Notes: generated by a model from the letters alone, not told the origin. DNA of 12,790 nt from Candidatus Hydrogenedentota bacterium (GCA_034408725.1 JAWXCN010000262.1:1-12790); one strand, 5' to 3'. Numbered from the stretch's first letter, positions 1 to 9,161 are shown. Numbers and translations: made by a program.

Positions 1-614
1 ACATCCACCTGCGCCAAACGCGCGCAAAGCTGATCGACCGAACCCTTCAACGTATTTGCGCGAATGGTGACCGGCGCCTGCTCGGCAGAGGCGCTGCACA
101 TCGCGCGCGTAACGTCGTCACCGAAAGTATCCAGCCAATCCTGCACCAGCCAATCCGGCAACGAATAGCGCACGCCCAGATAGCGCACCAATTTTTCCTC
201 GCTCGGCAGCGGAACGTCCTCGATGCGCTGGGGCACACGTTTGAGCACCGCATTGACTAGCTTGGCCGTGCCGGGGTGGCCCCGCTTCTTGGCGAGGTCA
301 ACGCTTGTATGCACCATCGCTGGAAATGTGACTTGCCTGCAGAACATCGCCTGAAACACGCCCATTCGCAGGATCGCGTGGATGGGGCGGGGAAGGGCGT
401 CCAGCGGTTGTTTTAGAAAACGTTGGAGCACGTGATCGCTCAGCCGCTGGTGGCGTACCGTGCCGTAAGCGAGCTGCGTCAGGAAACGCGCGCCCCGATC
501 GCTCAGGTCTTTCCTGCGAAGTGTCTTGTCGATCGAGTCACTCAAAAATGCGCCGCGCTCGGTGACCCGCAGCAACACGTCTATCGTCGCGTCGCGGACG
601 ACGTCAATGCTCAC
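1..614 (-). CDS. rsmB: 16S rRNA m5C967 methyltransferase RsmB/Sun, N-terminal part (NusB-like domain); continues beyond the left edge
   Basis: Not in the ORF track because it has no stop in the window. A GTG at 614-612 overlaps the fmt stop (GTGA). Manual translation is open to position 1: MSIDVVRDATIDVLLRVTERGAFLSDSIDKTLRRKDLSDRGARFLTQLAYGTVRHQRLSDHVL...AILRMGVFQ...VHTSVDLAKK...LVNAVLKR...LGVRYSLPDWLVQDW...APVTIRANTLK. The YGTVR, LRMGVFQ, VNAVL, YSxPxW and IRxNTLK motifs and the fmt-rsmB adjacency are typical. Confidence 0.93.
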   Translation of the reverse strand, partial: MSIDVVRDATIDVLLRVTERGAFLSDSIDKTLRRKDLSDRGARFLTQLAYGTVRHQRLSDHVLQRFLKQPLDALPRPIHAILRMGVFQAMFCRQVTFPAMVHTSVDLAKKRGHPGTAKLVNAVLKRVPQRIEDVPLPSEEKLVRYLGVRYSLPDWLVQDWLDTFGDDVTRAMCSASAEQAPVTIRANTLKGSVDQLCARLAQVD

Positions 615-1552
615 GGCAGGTTCTCGAAACGTTGACCCGGCAGAATCGCGTGGCCCCGAAGGTAATCGGCCGTTGCCATAGCGCGTTTGCCGGGGGCTTG
701 AATTTTGAGCACGCCAATCGTTCCTTCTCCGGTAGCGACGACAACCCGATCTGCCTCGACCTCCAAAACCTCGCCGGGCGACAAGTGTACGGTGCTGGAG
801 TGGGGGAGAAGTTCCGTTTTGAGAACCTTCACGACGTCGCCGCTGAACAGGCAATGGGCGGCTGGCCAGGGTTGTGCTCCACGAACGAGGTTGTGAATGT
901 CGAGCGATGCCTTTGACCAATCAATCTGGCCATCGCGCTTCTTGATCAAACCGCAATAGGAGGCGTTGGCGTGGTTTTGCGGCGAAAATACCGCCGAACT
1001 CAATGCGATCTGGTCAATGGCGTCACACAATTTTCTTCCACCAAGTTCCGCGAGCCGCGAGGTCAATGTGATGCCATCATCCTCGGGTAAAATTGGGACG
1101 CGTTCCTGAAGGACGATGTCGCCGGCATCCATTTCCACCGACAGGCGCATGATAGTCACTCCTGTCTCGGTTTCTCCGCGGATGAGCGCGGACTGAATGG
1201 GTGACGGGCCACGGTAACGCGGCAGCATACTCGGGTGCATGTTGAGTATGCCGTGGGGCGCAGCTTCCAGAATGGGCTGCTTGAGAATCCTGCCATATGC
1301 CGTAAGCGCGCAAATATCCGGGCGCTGATCGCCGAGCCACGACGCGAACTCACCATCGTTCAAACGCACCGGCTGCACCACGGAAATTCCATGCGCGTCC
1401 GCCCATACTTTCGTAGGGGGCGGCAACAACGCCCTGCCACGTCCGCTCGGCCGATCTGGTTGACATACGACTGCGGCGACTTCGTGCTCCTGCGCAATCG
1501 CCGCCAATGAAGGTATTGCGAGTTCGGGGGTTCCAAAAAATACGATGCGCAC
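611..1552 (-). CDS. fmt: Methionyl-tRNA formyltransferase
   Basis: 313 aa. N-terminal MRIVFFGTPEL, VVCQPDRPSGRG, AYGRIL, NMHPSMLPRYRGPSPIQ (HPSLLP motif), ETGVTIM, MDAGDI, IDWS...VRGAQPWP, C-terminal QAPGKRAM...YLRG. Confidence 0.97.
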   Translation of the reverse strand: MRIVFFGTPELAIPSLAAIAQEHEVAAVVCQPDRPSGRGRALLPPPTKVWADAHGISVVQPVRLNDGEFASWLGDQRPDICALTAYGRILKQPILEAAPHGILNMHPSMLPRYRGPSPIQSALIRGETETGVTIMRLSVEMDAGDIVLQERVPILPEDDGITLTSRLAELGGRKLCDAIDQIALSSAVFSPQNHANASYCGLIKKRDGQIDWSKASLDIHNLVRGAQPWPAAHCLFSGDVVKVLKTELLPHSSTVHLSPGEVLEVEADRVVVATGEGTIGVLKIQAPGKRAMATADYLRGHAILPGQRFENLP

Positions 1553-1572
1553 GGAAGTGGCTGTGGCGCGGA

Positions 1573-1911
1573 CTACGACGTTAGGCCGGGAATGTCGATT
1601 CCACCGGTCAGTTCCGTCATCCGCTCGCGAATAAGCTCCTGAACGCGATCAACGCCATCGTTGACCGCCGCCTGCACCATCGTCTCGAGCATTTCAGTCT
1701 CGTCGCGATTTACGATCTCGGGATCAATGGTCAAGGAGACAATCTTACATTTGCCATTGACGACGGCCTTCACCATTCCCCCGCCCGCCGAAGCTTCAAC
1801 GGTCACGGCCGCAAGCGATTCTTTCATCGCTTCCATTTTGCTTTTCATTTCCATGGCCTGTTTCAACATGCCTGCCATGTTTCCGAGATTTCCCAGTCCT
1901 TTGGGTAACAC
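1573..1911 (-). CDS. ybaB: YbaB/EbfC family nucleoid-associated protein
   Basis: 112 aa with MLKQAMEM, VEASAGGGMVKAVVNG, SLTIDPEIV, EMLETMVQAAVND and TELTGGIDIPG. GTG start with GGAG at 1922-1925. Confidence 0.93.
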   Translation of the reverse strand: MLPKGLGNLGNMAGMLKQAMEMKSKMEAMKESLAAVTVEASAGGGMVKAVVNGKCKIVSLTIDPEIVNRDETEMLETMVQAAVNDGVDRVQELIRERMTELTGGIDIPGLTS

Positions 1912-1955
1912 GATTCAGTCACTCCGTGGTTGAACACATTGCTGGTTTCGGAAGA

Positions 1956-1961
1956 AGTATA
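1956..1961 (-). promoter_or_regulatory. Possible -10 element (TATACT) for ybaB-fmt-rsmB
   Basis: TATACT on the minus strand in the 83-bp yjbQ-ybaB gap. No convincing -35. Confidence 0.3.
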
Positions 1962-1994
1962 CGCTTGGGCGGAGATGAACGCCAGACGAAGGGA

Positions 1995-2390
1995 CTACGC
2001 AGGAATTACTTGCACCCAGGCCTTGCGCGCGCGTGGGCCGTCGAACTCGCAAAAGTAAATAGATTGCCACGTGCCAAACTGAAGCCGCCCATTTTTGACG
2101 ATGACCTGAACGCTGAAGCCCATCATGCTCGCCTTGACATGCGCCGCGGAATTGCCTTCGGCGTGCGCGTAACCGCCTTTCCAGGGGACTGCGCGATCGA
2201 GGATGAGTTTCATGTCGCGAACCACATCCGGGTCAGCATTCTCATTAATGGTGATGCCCGCCGTGGTGTGCGGGACAAAGACGACGCAAATGCCATCGAC
2301 CACGCCGGATTCCTCGACTGCCTTCTGCACTGCGTGGTCAATATTGATGAACTGGCAGTGCTCCGAACTATCGATGTTGATTTCGATCAT
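1995..2390 (-). CDS. yjbQ: YjbQ / UPF0047 family protein (secondary thiamine-phosphate synthase enzyme)
   Basis: 131 aa with the family motifs VFVPHTTAGITINENADPDV, HAEGNSAAHVKASMMG and GTWQSIYFCEFDGPRAR. Confidence 0.95.
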   Translation of the reverse strand: MIEINIDSSEHCQFINIDHAVQKAVEESGVVDGICVVFVPHTTAGITINENADPDVVRDMKLILDRAVPWKGGYAHAEGNSAAHVKASMMGFSVQVIVKNGRLQFGTWQSIYFCEFDGPRARKAWVQVIPA

Positions 2391-2409
2391 CGGTAATACT
2401 CCCGCGTAA

Positions 2410-5400
2410 TTACTTCGGCGCCGCCACGGGAACCGGCGCTCCCTCTATTTCGGGTTTCTTCTTGCGCACCCTCTCGGTCAACCGCTGAATGAGCACGAAG
2501 AACAGCGGTACGAACAAAACGGCCAGAAAGGTTGCCGCAAACATTCCGCCCGCGACTCCGGTTCCGATCGAATGTCGTCCACCCGCTCCCGCGCCCTGCC
2601 CAAAGACGAGCGGCATCACGCCAAGGATGAATGCGAGTGATGTCATGATAATTGGGCGCAGACGTAGTCTTGCCGCTTCGAGCGCGGCATCGACAATGCC
2701 CATGCCCTGTTCGCGCAACACCGTGCAAAACTCGACAATTAGAATCGCGTTCTTGGCCGAAAGCCCGACCAGGGTCAACAGGCCAATCTGGAAGTAGATG
2801 TCGCGGTCGATCCCGCGAAGGTACACGGCAAGTACCGCGCCGAGCGAACCAAACGGCACCGCCATCAACACCGCGAAAGGCAATGACCATTTTTCGTACT
2901 GAGCCGCCAGCACAAGAAATACGATCGTCAGACCAAACATGATAATAAACGGCGCCTGGCTCCCCGCGCTTTCCTCCTGATACGACACGCCACTCAAGCC
3001 AACACCATAGCCCGCCGGCAATGTGGCCAGGGCAAGTTCATTGATCCGTTCTATGTTCTGGCCCGTGCTGAACCCTGGAGACGGCGCTCCCGTGATTTGA
3101 ACTGCGGGGTAACTGTTGAAACGGCTGACGACGTTCGGGCCGGATTGAAAATGCATACTGAGCACACCGGACAACTCGACCATGTCCCCAGTATCATTTC
3201 GCACAAAAATTTTACGGATGTCGTCGGGGGTTGCGCGAAACTGCGGTTCTGCCTGAAGCTGCACCCGGTAGATACGGCCATATTTGTTGAAATCATTCAC
3301 ATACAAGGAGCCAAGATACGCTTGCAAGCTGTCGAAAATGGTGTTCAAGGGTACGCCCAAGGCCTTGGCCCGCGTGCGGTCGACGTCAACGAATAGCTGC
3401 GGCTGCGTCATTGTGAGCACGCTCGATACGCCAGTGAACATCGGGTCTTCACTCATTTTCTGAATGAACGCATCCGAAGTTTCGGCAAGCTCTCGAATGT
3501 CGGTTACTCCACGGCCTTCGAGCTGCACTTCAAATCCGGCGCGAACGCCGAGACCTCGAATCGCGGGCGGATTAAACGCAAGTACCGTTGCTTCTTTTAG
3601 ATTGGCAAATGCGCCAAAAACGCGGTCAACCATCGCGTTGGCGTCGCTGTCCGGTCCGGTGCGCTCGGACCAGTCCGTCAGGTTCACGAACATAGCCCCC
3701 GCGCTTGTGCTGGCCGAACGGCCCGCCAGAAAGTCCTGCCCCCCTAGCGTGACTACACGCTTCACCTCCGGCTGCTTCATCAGATAGTCTTCGATGTCTT
3801 TCATCACGGCGCTGGTGCGCTCGAGCGAAGCGCCCTGGGGCAACTGCGTCGCGACCATGAAATATCCCTGGTCTTCGGAAGGAATGAATGCGCTCGGGAC
3901 CTTTTGAAACAACCCGTAAGTCGCCCACAGCAGCGCGGCGAAGACAAGGAGTGACACCACGGAGAACCGGATAATTTGCCGCACGGCGCCGGTATACGCG
4001 CGCGTCGCGCGGGTAAACAGGTTGTCAAACCACCGGAAAATAAAAATCTTCTCGTGCGAGGGTTTCAGTAATATGCGGCACATCGCCGGTGTCAGCGTCA
4101 ACGCCACCAGTCCGGAGATAGCCACCGACAGGGCAATGGTCACGCCAAACTGCCGGTACATGACACCTGTAAGGCCGCCCAAAAACGCGACCGGTAAATA
4201 CACCGCGCTCAGCACCAGCACAATCGTGATAACAGGGCCAGAAACCTGTTCCATCGCCTTGATAGTGGCGTCCCGTACGCCCAGCTTTTCCTCGTGCATG
4301 ATTCGCTCGACGTTTTCGACGACGACGATCGCGTCGTCCACCACGATGCCAATGGCAAGTACAAGACCGAACAAGGTCAAGGTGTTGATCGAGAATCCAA
4401 AAACGAGCATTCCGGTGAACGTCCCAATGATTGCCACCGGAATCGCCAGCAAAGGAATCAAGGTCGCCCGCCAACTTCCCAGAAACATAAACACCACCAA
4501 CACCACAAGAATGATGGCCTCAACGAAGGTCTTCACAACCTCTTCAATGGAGACCCGCACAAACTGGGTCGTGTTGAAGGGAATGTCGTAACTCACGCCT
4601 TCCGGAAAGCTGAGTTTGAGCGTTCCGAGCGCCTCTTCCAATCCATCCATTGTGGCGAGTGTGTTGGCGCCGGGTTGCAGAAAAATGAGGACGAACGTAG
4701 TTTGCTTTCCATTGAGCCGTCCAAAGGAATCGTAACTAAATGCGCCAAGTTCGACACGGCCCACGTCCCGGAGTTTCAACATAGAACCATCCGGGTCGGA
4801 GCGCAGAATAATGTCCTCGAATTGTTCGGGTTCATCAAGCCGGCCCCGCGTAATCACTGGAATCGTGAATTCTACCGGCGTGGTATTGGGCGGCGCGCCA
4901 ATGCGACCCGCCGCGTACAAGCCATTCTCCTCGTTGATGGCCTGGGAAACGTCTGAAACCGTCAAGCCTTTTGCGGCCATCTTGTCGGGGTTCAACCAGA
5001 TGCGCATCGAGTAGTCTTTCGATCCGAATACCATGGCGTCGCCAACACCAGATACGCGCTTGATCGCGTCAATCATGTAGATATTCGCGTAGTTGCTGAG
5101 GTGCAGGTCCGTGAATGTGGGGTCCGTTGAATTCAAGGCAACCACGCCCAGGATATTGTTTGATCGCTTGTTCACCGCGATGCCTTGCCGTATGACTTCC
5201 TGGGGCAGGCGTGGCTCCGCACGTTTTAACCGGTTCTGAACTTCGACCGCGGCGATATCAAGATCGGACCCGATTTCGAATGTGAGCGTGATCGAAAGGC
5301 TCCCGTCATTCGAGCTCTGCGATTGGTAGTAGAGCAAGTTCTCAATTCCACTTAGCTCCTGCTCAATTGGAACGGCAAGCGAATCGGCGACGACTTCCGC

Positions 5401-5559
5401 GTTGGCGCCGGGATATCGTGCCGAAATGTCAACGGTTGGCGGCGTGATCTCCGGCGATTGTTCGATCGGCAGCATGTAGATCGACACCACGCCGCACAGC
5501 ACGATGACGATCGAGATGACGCATGCGAACACCGGTCTATCAATGAAAAAGCGCGACAT
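2410..5559 (-). CDS. RND efflux transporter, inner-membrane permease (HAE1, AcrB/MexF-like)
   Basis: 1049 aa starting MSRFFIDRPVFA. The proton-relay residues are intact: VVDDAIVVVENVER, GLSAKNAILIVEF, RLRPIIMTSLAF. Confidence 0.97.
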   Translation of the reverse strand: MSRFFIDRPVFACVISIVIVLCGVVSIYMLPIEQSPEITPPTVDISARYPGANAEVVADSLAVPIEQELSGIENLLYYQSQSSNDGSLSITLTFEIGSDLDIAAVEVQNRLKRAEPRLPQEVIRQGIAVNKRSNNILGVVALNSTDPTFTDLHLSNYANIYMIDAIKRVSGVGDAMVFGSKDYSMRIWLNPDKMAAKGLTVSDVSQAINEENGLYAAGRIGAPPNTTPVEFTIPVITRGRLDEPEQFEDIILRSDPDGSMLKLRDVGRVELGAFSYDSFGRLNGKQTTFVLIFLQPGANTLATMDGLEEALGTLKLSFPEGVSYDIPFNTTQFVRVSIEEVVKTFVEAIILVVLVVFMFLGSWRATLIPLLAIPVAIIGTFTGMLVFGFSINTLTLFGLVLAIGIVVDDAIVVVENVERIMHEEKLGVRDATIKAMEQVSGPVITIVLVLSAVYLPVAFLGGLTGVMYRQFGVTIALSVAISGLVALTLTPAMCRILLKPSHEKIFIFRWFDNLFTRATRAYTGAVRQIIRFSVVSLLVFAALLWATYGLFQKVPSAFIPSEDQGYFMVATQLPQGASLERTSAVMKDIEDYLMKQPEVKRVVTLGGQDFLAGRSASTSAGAMFVNLTDWSERTGPDSDANAMVDRVFGAFANLKEATVLAFNPPAIRGLGVRAGFEVQLEGRGVTDIRELAETSDAFIQKMSEDPMFTGVSSVLTMTQPQLFVDVDRTRAKALGVPLNTIFDSLQAYLGSLYVNDFNKYGRIYRVQLQAEPQFRATPDDIRKIFVRNDTGDMVELSGVLSMHFQSGPNVVSRFNSYPAVQITGAPSPGFSTGQNIERINELALATLPAGYGVGLSGVSYQEESAGSQAPFIIMFGLTIVFLVLAAQYEKWSLPFAVLMAVPFGSLGAVLAVYLRGIDRDIYFQIGLLTLVGLSAKNAILIVEFCTVLREQGMGIVDAALEAARLRLRPIIMTSLAFILGVMPLVFGQGAGAGGRHSIGTGVAGGMFAATFLAVLFVPLFFVLIQRLTERVRKKKPEIEGAPVPVAAPK

Positions 5560-5570
5560 GCGGTACTACC

Positions 5571-6743
5571 TTATTTCGCGCCGTCCGCGGCAGGTTCCGC
5601 GGCAGCCAATCGGGTTGGAACAACTTCTCCGCCCGGTCTGACTTTTGTCAAACCTTCGACGATGATGCGCTCGCCCGCTGACAATCCTCCGGAAACCATC
5701 CAGTCGTCCCCGGACCATTCGCCGAGCGTGACGTTGCGCATCTCGGCCTTGTTCTTTTCGTCAACGACATAAACGAAAGCGCCTTGCGGCGACTGACTCA
5801 CGGCGCGCTGCGGAATAGTGAGCGTACCTGGCCGCGCCCAACCCTTGATGTGCGCCTTGATGAATTGGCCGGGGCGCAGTTTCACGTCGGGATTATCGAA
5901 TTGCGCGCGCAACTCGTAGGTGCCGGTATTCATGTCGAGCTCGTTTGAAATGAAGTTGATCGCGCCTTTGTTCTCGTACGTCGTGCCGTCAAGCAACGTA
6001 AGTTCAAGGTAGGGTTCACCGTTTGTCAGCATGAGTGCGCCCGACTGCTGATCCGTCCGCCACGCGAGATAATCGCGTTCACTGACGCGGAAACTTACAT
6101 AGATTGGAGAAACCTGGTGCATCACGGCCAACAAGCTGTTCGTACCTTCATCGACGAAGCTGCCAATTTCTTTTTGCGCCTTGCCAATCAACCCGGAAAG
6201 CGGCGCGTGCACCGTCGTGTACCCAAGTTCGAGGTTCGCCTTTGCCAGTTCCGCTTTCGCAAGCCGTACCGACGCCGCGGCCTCTGCCTGTGCCGCGATC
6301 TGTCGATCAACTTCACTGGCCGCAACCGCGCCGGGCACGGTAACGGATTTGAGGCGTTTTACTTCCTGATCGGCTAGTGCAACCTGTGATTCCGCCTGTT
6401 GCACCCGGGCCGCGGCAATGTCCTTGTCCGCCTTGAAGGATCGTGGATCGATGGTGAACAACACGGTTCCTTCCTCGATCAGTGCGCCTTCCTCAAAATC
6501 ACGCGACTCGAGAAAACCGCGCACCCGTGACCGGAGCTCGACGGTTTTCGACGCTTCCGTGACGCCCACGTAATCAAACGTGACCGGCACGGTGCGCGCT
6601 TCGACAGTCACCACCGATACTTCTGGCGGAGGGGGCGGTCCTTGACCAGGGCCTTGCGCGCGCGCCGCGGACATGAACACGCAGCACATGCCGGCGAGTG
6701 CGATATTCCGGTAATGAAACGAGTAGCGCGTAGAGTCATGCAT
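5571..6743 (-). CDS. RND periplasmic adaptor (membrane fusion protein, AcrA/MexE-like)
   Basis: 390 aa. Lipoyl half-motifs VELRSRVRGFL...FEEG and TTVHAPLSGLIG flank a helical hairpin; also LRPGQF, IPQRAV and GLSAGERIIVEGL. Lies directly upstream of the RND gene. Confidence 0.95.
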   Translation of the reverse strand: MHDSTRYSFHYRNIALAGMCCVFMSAARAQGPGQGPPPPPEVSVVTVEARTVPVTFDYVGVTEASKTVELRSRVRGFLESRDFEEGALIEEGTVLFTIDPRSFKADKDIAAARVQQAESQVALADQEVKRLKSVTVPGAVAASEVDRQIAAQAEAAASVRLAKAELAKANLELGYTTVHAPLSGLIGKAQKEIGSFVDEGTNSLLAVMHQVSPIYVSFRVSERDYLAWRTDQQSGALMLTNGEPYLELTLLDGTTYENKGAINFISNELDMNTGTYELRAQFDNPDVKLRPGQFIKAHIKGWARPGTLTIPQRAVSQSPQGAFVYVVDEKNKAEMRNVTLGEWSGDDWMVSGGLSAGERIIVEGLTKVRPGGEVVPTRLAAAEPAADGAK

Positions 6744-6752
6744 TGGATTGTC

Positions 6753-8471
6753 CTATTCCGGCCTGTCGAGGGCAGCGGTTTCATCATTAGGAATTTCAAA
6801 CGATTCCCAGCCACCACCCAGCGCTTTGTACAGCGCCACCAAATTGAGCAACACCGTCGTCTGGCTTTGCACCTGTTGATCCTGTGCGGTATATAGCGCC
6901 CGCTGAGCATCCAGCACGTTCAGGAAATCGCTTAATCCGGTTATGTACCGTTCATTGGCGAGCGTTACAGCCTGCCGTTCCGCTCCAACTGCCTGCCCCA
7001 GGAGGGAAAACCGCTGCTGTTCTTTTGCGTATGCAACCAGACTGTTCTCCACGTCTTCGAGCGATTCTTTTACTGTTCGCTCGTACAGGAACACCGCCTG
7101 CTCCTGCCGCGAATTTTGCACGTCGATGTTCGCGCGGATGCGTCCGGCATCAAAGACTGGCCAGCTTACCGTCGGTCCAAATCCCCAAAACCGGCTCGTG
7201 CCCAACACCAGATCGCCGGCGTTGCTGTTTTGAAAACCGAAATTGCCCGTCAGCGAAAACTTGGGGAACAGATCGGCCATTGCTTCGCCAATGCGCGCTG
7301 TCGCGCCGGCGAGCTCCCGCTCTGCACGCCGGACGTCGGCACGACGCCGAAGGAGATCAGATGGCATGCCTACCGGAACCGACGGTGGAGTAGGGGGGAG
7401 CGGTTGCCCTAGCACAAGCTCGTCGAACAAACTGGCAGGGTTCTGGCCCAACAACACGCTCAGCCGATGAATCGCCGAATAGACAATCGTTTCAAATGCG
7501 GGTATCTGAGACTGCGTGGTTGCCAGTTGGGCTTCCGCGCGCAGGGCGTCCGAGGCATTCGTCAGGCCCGCGTCGTATCGCGCGCGCGTAATGTTCACGG
7601 AATTTTGTTGCGCCTCAATATTTTCGTTCGCGATCCGTAGCCGCGCCTGTGCCTCACGCAGCGTCAGATAATTGCGGGCCACTTCCGCGAGCAGCGATAC
7701 CAGGACGTCCCGGCGGCCTTCTTCTTCCGCGCTGATGTCCGCCGTGGCCGCTTCCACCGCGCGCCGGTTCCCTCCAAAAACGTCCAGTTCCCACGACGCG
7801 TCGAACCCGGCCTGATAAAAATCCTGCGTGCGCTCGAACGAAGGGCTATTGTTTGGCGAAAACGAAAGGTTGGCGCTGTTGGAAGGGAGCAGCGCGCTGC
7901 CAATACTTTGGGTACCGCCCTGTTGACCAAGTAAAAGCGAACCAAGACGTGTAAACGCGCTCGTGCCTGTCGCGGTAAAGTCGCCTGAACGAAGGGTCGC
8001 CGTGCGCGAAAACGATTGCGAATTTGTGGACCCGCTCAAACTCAGGGACGTATTATCTATCGAATCCGGCGCCGGTGATTCGCTTCGCTGATAGGACGCC
8101 CGCGCATTCAGTTGTGGATACAGGTCCGCGGCGACGATACCCCGCGCCGCGCGCGCTTCGCGCACGCGCGCCTCGGCAATGCGCAAGTCGTAGTTTGTTT
8201 CGGCCGCTTCTGCAACGAGATTGTTCAAAGTAGCGTCGCCAAAGACTTCCCACCACTGCGTCAACGCCGCGGGGGTGTCCTGTTCACCGCCGGCCATGGG
8301 CGCATGCCATCGGCCCGGCAACCCAGGCGCTGGCGGGGTGTAGTCTGGCCCGACCGCACACCCAGCAATTAGCAATGCGATTGTAGCCAGAAAAACGCGG
8401 CTTACGATGCGAGCATGCAGCCGATCATCGCTGCTCATTTGATTTCCAAAAACCATGAGGTCCATCCGCAA
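6753..8471 (-). CDS. Outer-membrane efflux channel lipoprotein (NodT/OprM/TolC family); start codon uncertain
   Basis: Lipobox LIAG-C followed by AVGPDY, plus WWEVFGD, NYDLRIA, ASWELDVFG, PSDLLRRRADVRRAE and LYKALGGGW. The track start is TTG, and in-frame ATGs follow (e.g. MSSDD). Confidence 0.95.
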   Translation of the reverse strand: MRMDLMVFGNQMSSDDRLHARIVSRVFLATIALLIAGCAVGPDYTPPAPGLPGRWHAPMAGGEQDTPAALTQWWEVFGDATLNNLVAEAAETNYDLRIAEARVREARAARGIVAADLYPQLNARASYQRSESPAPDSIDNTSLSLSGSTNSQSFSRTATLRSGDFTATGTSAFTRLGSLLLGQQGGTQSIGSALLPSNSANLSFSPNNSPSFERTQDFYQAGFDASWELDVFGGNRRAVEAATADISAEEEGRRDVLVSLLAEVARNYLTLREAQARLRIANENIEAQQNSVNITRARYDAGLTNASDALRAEAQLATTQSQIPAFETIVYSAIHRLSVLLGQNPASLFDELVLGQPLPPTPPSVPVGMPSDLLRRRADVRRAERELAGATARIGEAMADLFPKFSLTGNFGFQNSNAGDLVLGTSRFWGFGPTVSWPVFDAGRIRANIDVQNSRQEQAVFLYERTVKESLEDVENSLVAYAKEQQRFSLLGQAVGAERQAVTLANERYITGLSDFLNVLDAQRALYTAQDQQVQSQTTVLLNLVALYKALGGGWESFEIPNDETAALDRPE

Positions 8472-8482
8472 TCCGGTTACTG

Positions 8483-9100
8483 TTATGCGCGGTACGCCGC
8501 AATGCCCGCCAACGAGAATGCTGTGATCTGCTTCGCCAGCTTCTCGATTTCATCGTCTTCTTCCGGAAGCCCCCCATGAAGTCGTTTCAGCACATGCCCC
8601 GCATGTTTGTACACCAGACATTGGCCCAACACGCATGACGCCAGATCGTTCATGTCCTGCTCCGGAGCATCGCCCACGAGTTCGCGGAGGATGCCGATCA
8701 GCGTCTCATGCGTGGGACGAATCGCGTCCTCACAAAGCCGATCCAGCGCACCCGTCGGGCTGGCCATCTCGGCCGCCATCAATTTACCGTGAATGGCTGG
8801 CCTTCCTTTGCCCAACAACCTAAACAACAGGATGCGCACAAATCCTTCCAGATGTTCCTCCGGCGAGTCCCCCGTCAAATCAAATGGATACGCTTTCTGA
8901 ATTTGCTCGAACGATTGAAGCAGGATTGCTTCATACAGGCTTTCCTTGTCTCGAAAATGGTAATTCACCGCCGCGAGATTCACATTCGCGCGGCTGCTGA
9001 TGTCCCTGATGCTTGTGTCCTGAAAGCCACGCTCGGCAAACAGTTCGCTGGCCGCATCCAGGATTCGCTCAGAAGTAGAATGTAGAGATTCGAGTGCCAT
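8483..9100 (-). CDS. TetR/AcrR family regulator with probable CecR/YbiH-type (DUF1956) C-terminal domain
   Basis: HTH region RILDAASELFAERGFQDTSIRDISSRANVNLAAVNYHFRDKESLY. The EMASPT, SCVLGQCL and FSLAGI segments resemble CecR-like C-termini. First gene of the efflux operon. Confidence 0.92.
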   Translation of the reverse strand: MALESLHSTSERILDAASELFAERGFQDTSIRDISSRANVNLAAVNYHFRDKESLYEAILLQSFEQIQKAYPFDLTGDSPEEHLEGFVRILLFRLLGKGRPAIHGKLMAAEMASPTGALDRLCEDAIRPTHETLIGILRELVGDAPEQDMNDLASCVLGQCLVYKHAGHVLKRLHGGLPEEDDEIEKLAKQITAFSLAGIAAYRA

Positions 9101-9139
9101 ACGAACGATTGAAACACCTATTTAATACGACAGTTTAAC
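9098..9139. promoter_or_regulatory. Candidate TetR operator array: three degenerate 13-bp units
   Basis: ACGAACGATTGAA (9101-9113), ACACCTATTTAAT (9114-9126) and ACGACAGTTTAAC (9127-9139) form overlapping imperfect AAAC-N4-GTTT-like dyads between the -10 box and the tetR start. Confidence 0.5.
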
Positions 9140-9161
9140 TTATTCGTTCGACTTCTGTCAA
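9132..9161 (-). promoter_or_regulatory. Sigma70-type promoter of the tetR-efflux operon
   Basis: Minus strand TTGACA (9161-9156), 18-nt spacer, TAAACT (9137-9132), about 30 nt upstream of the tetR ATG. Confidence 0.7.

Noticed and set aside
47-635. Track ORFs 47-253 (-) and 423-635 (+)
   Set aside because: The region is explained by the rsmB frame starting at 614.
1926-9085. Alternative-frame and antisense ORFs over yjbQ and the efflux operon (e.g. 4022-4591, 4294-4956, 6884-7393, 2387-2890)
   Set aside because: They overlap well-supported genes, have no recognisable motifs, and are expected in GC-rich coding DNA.
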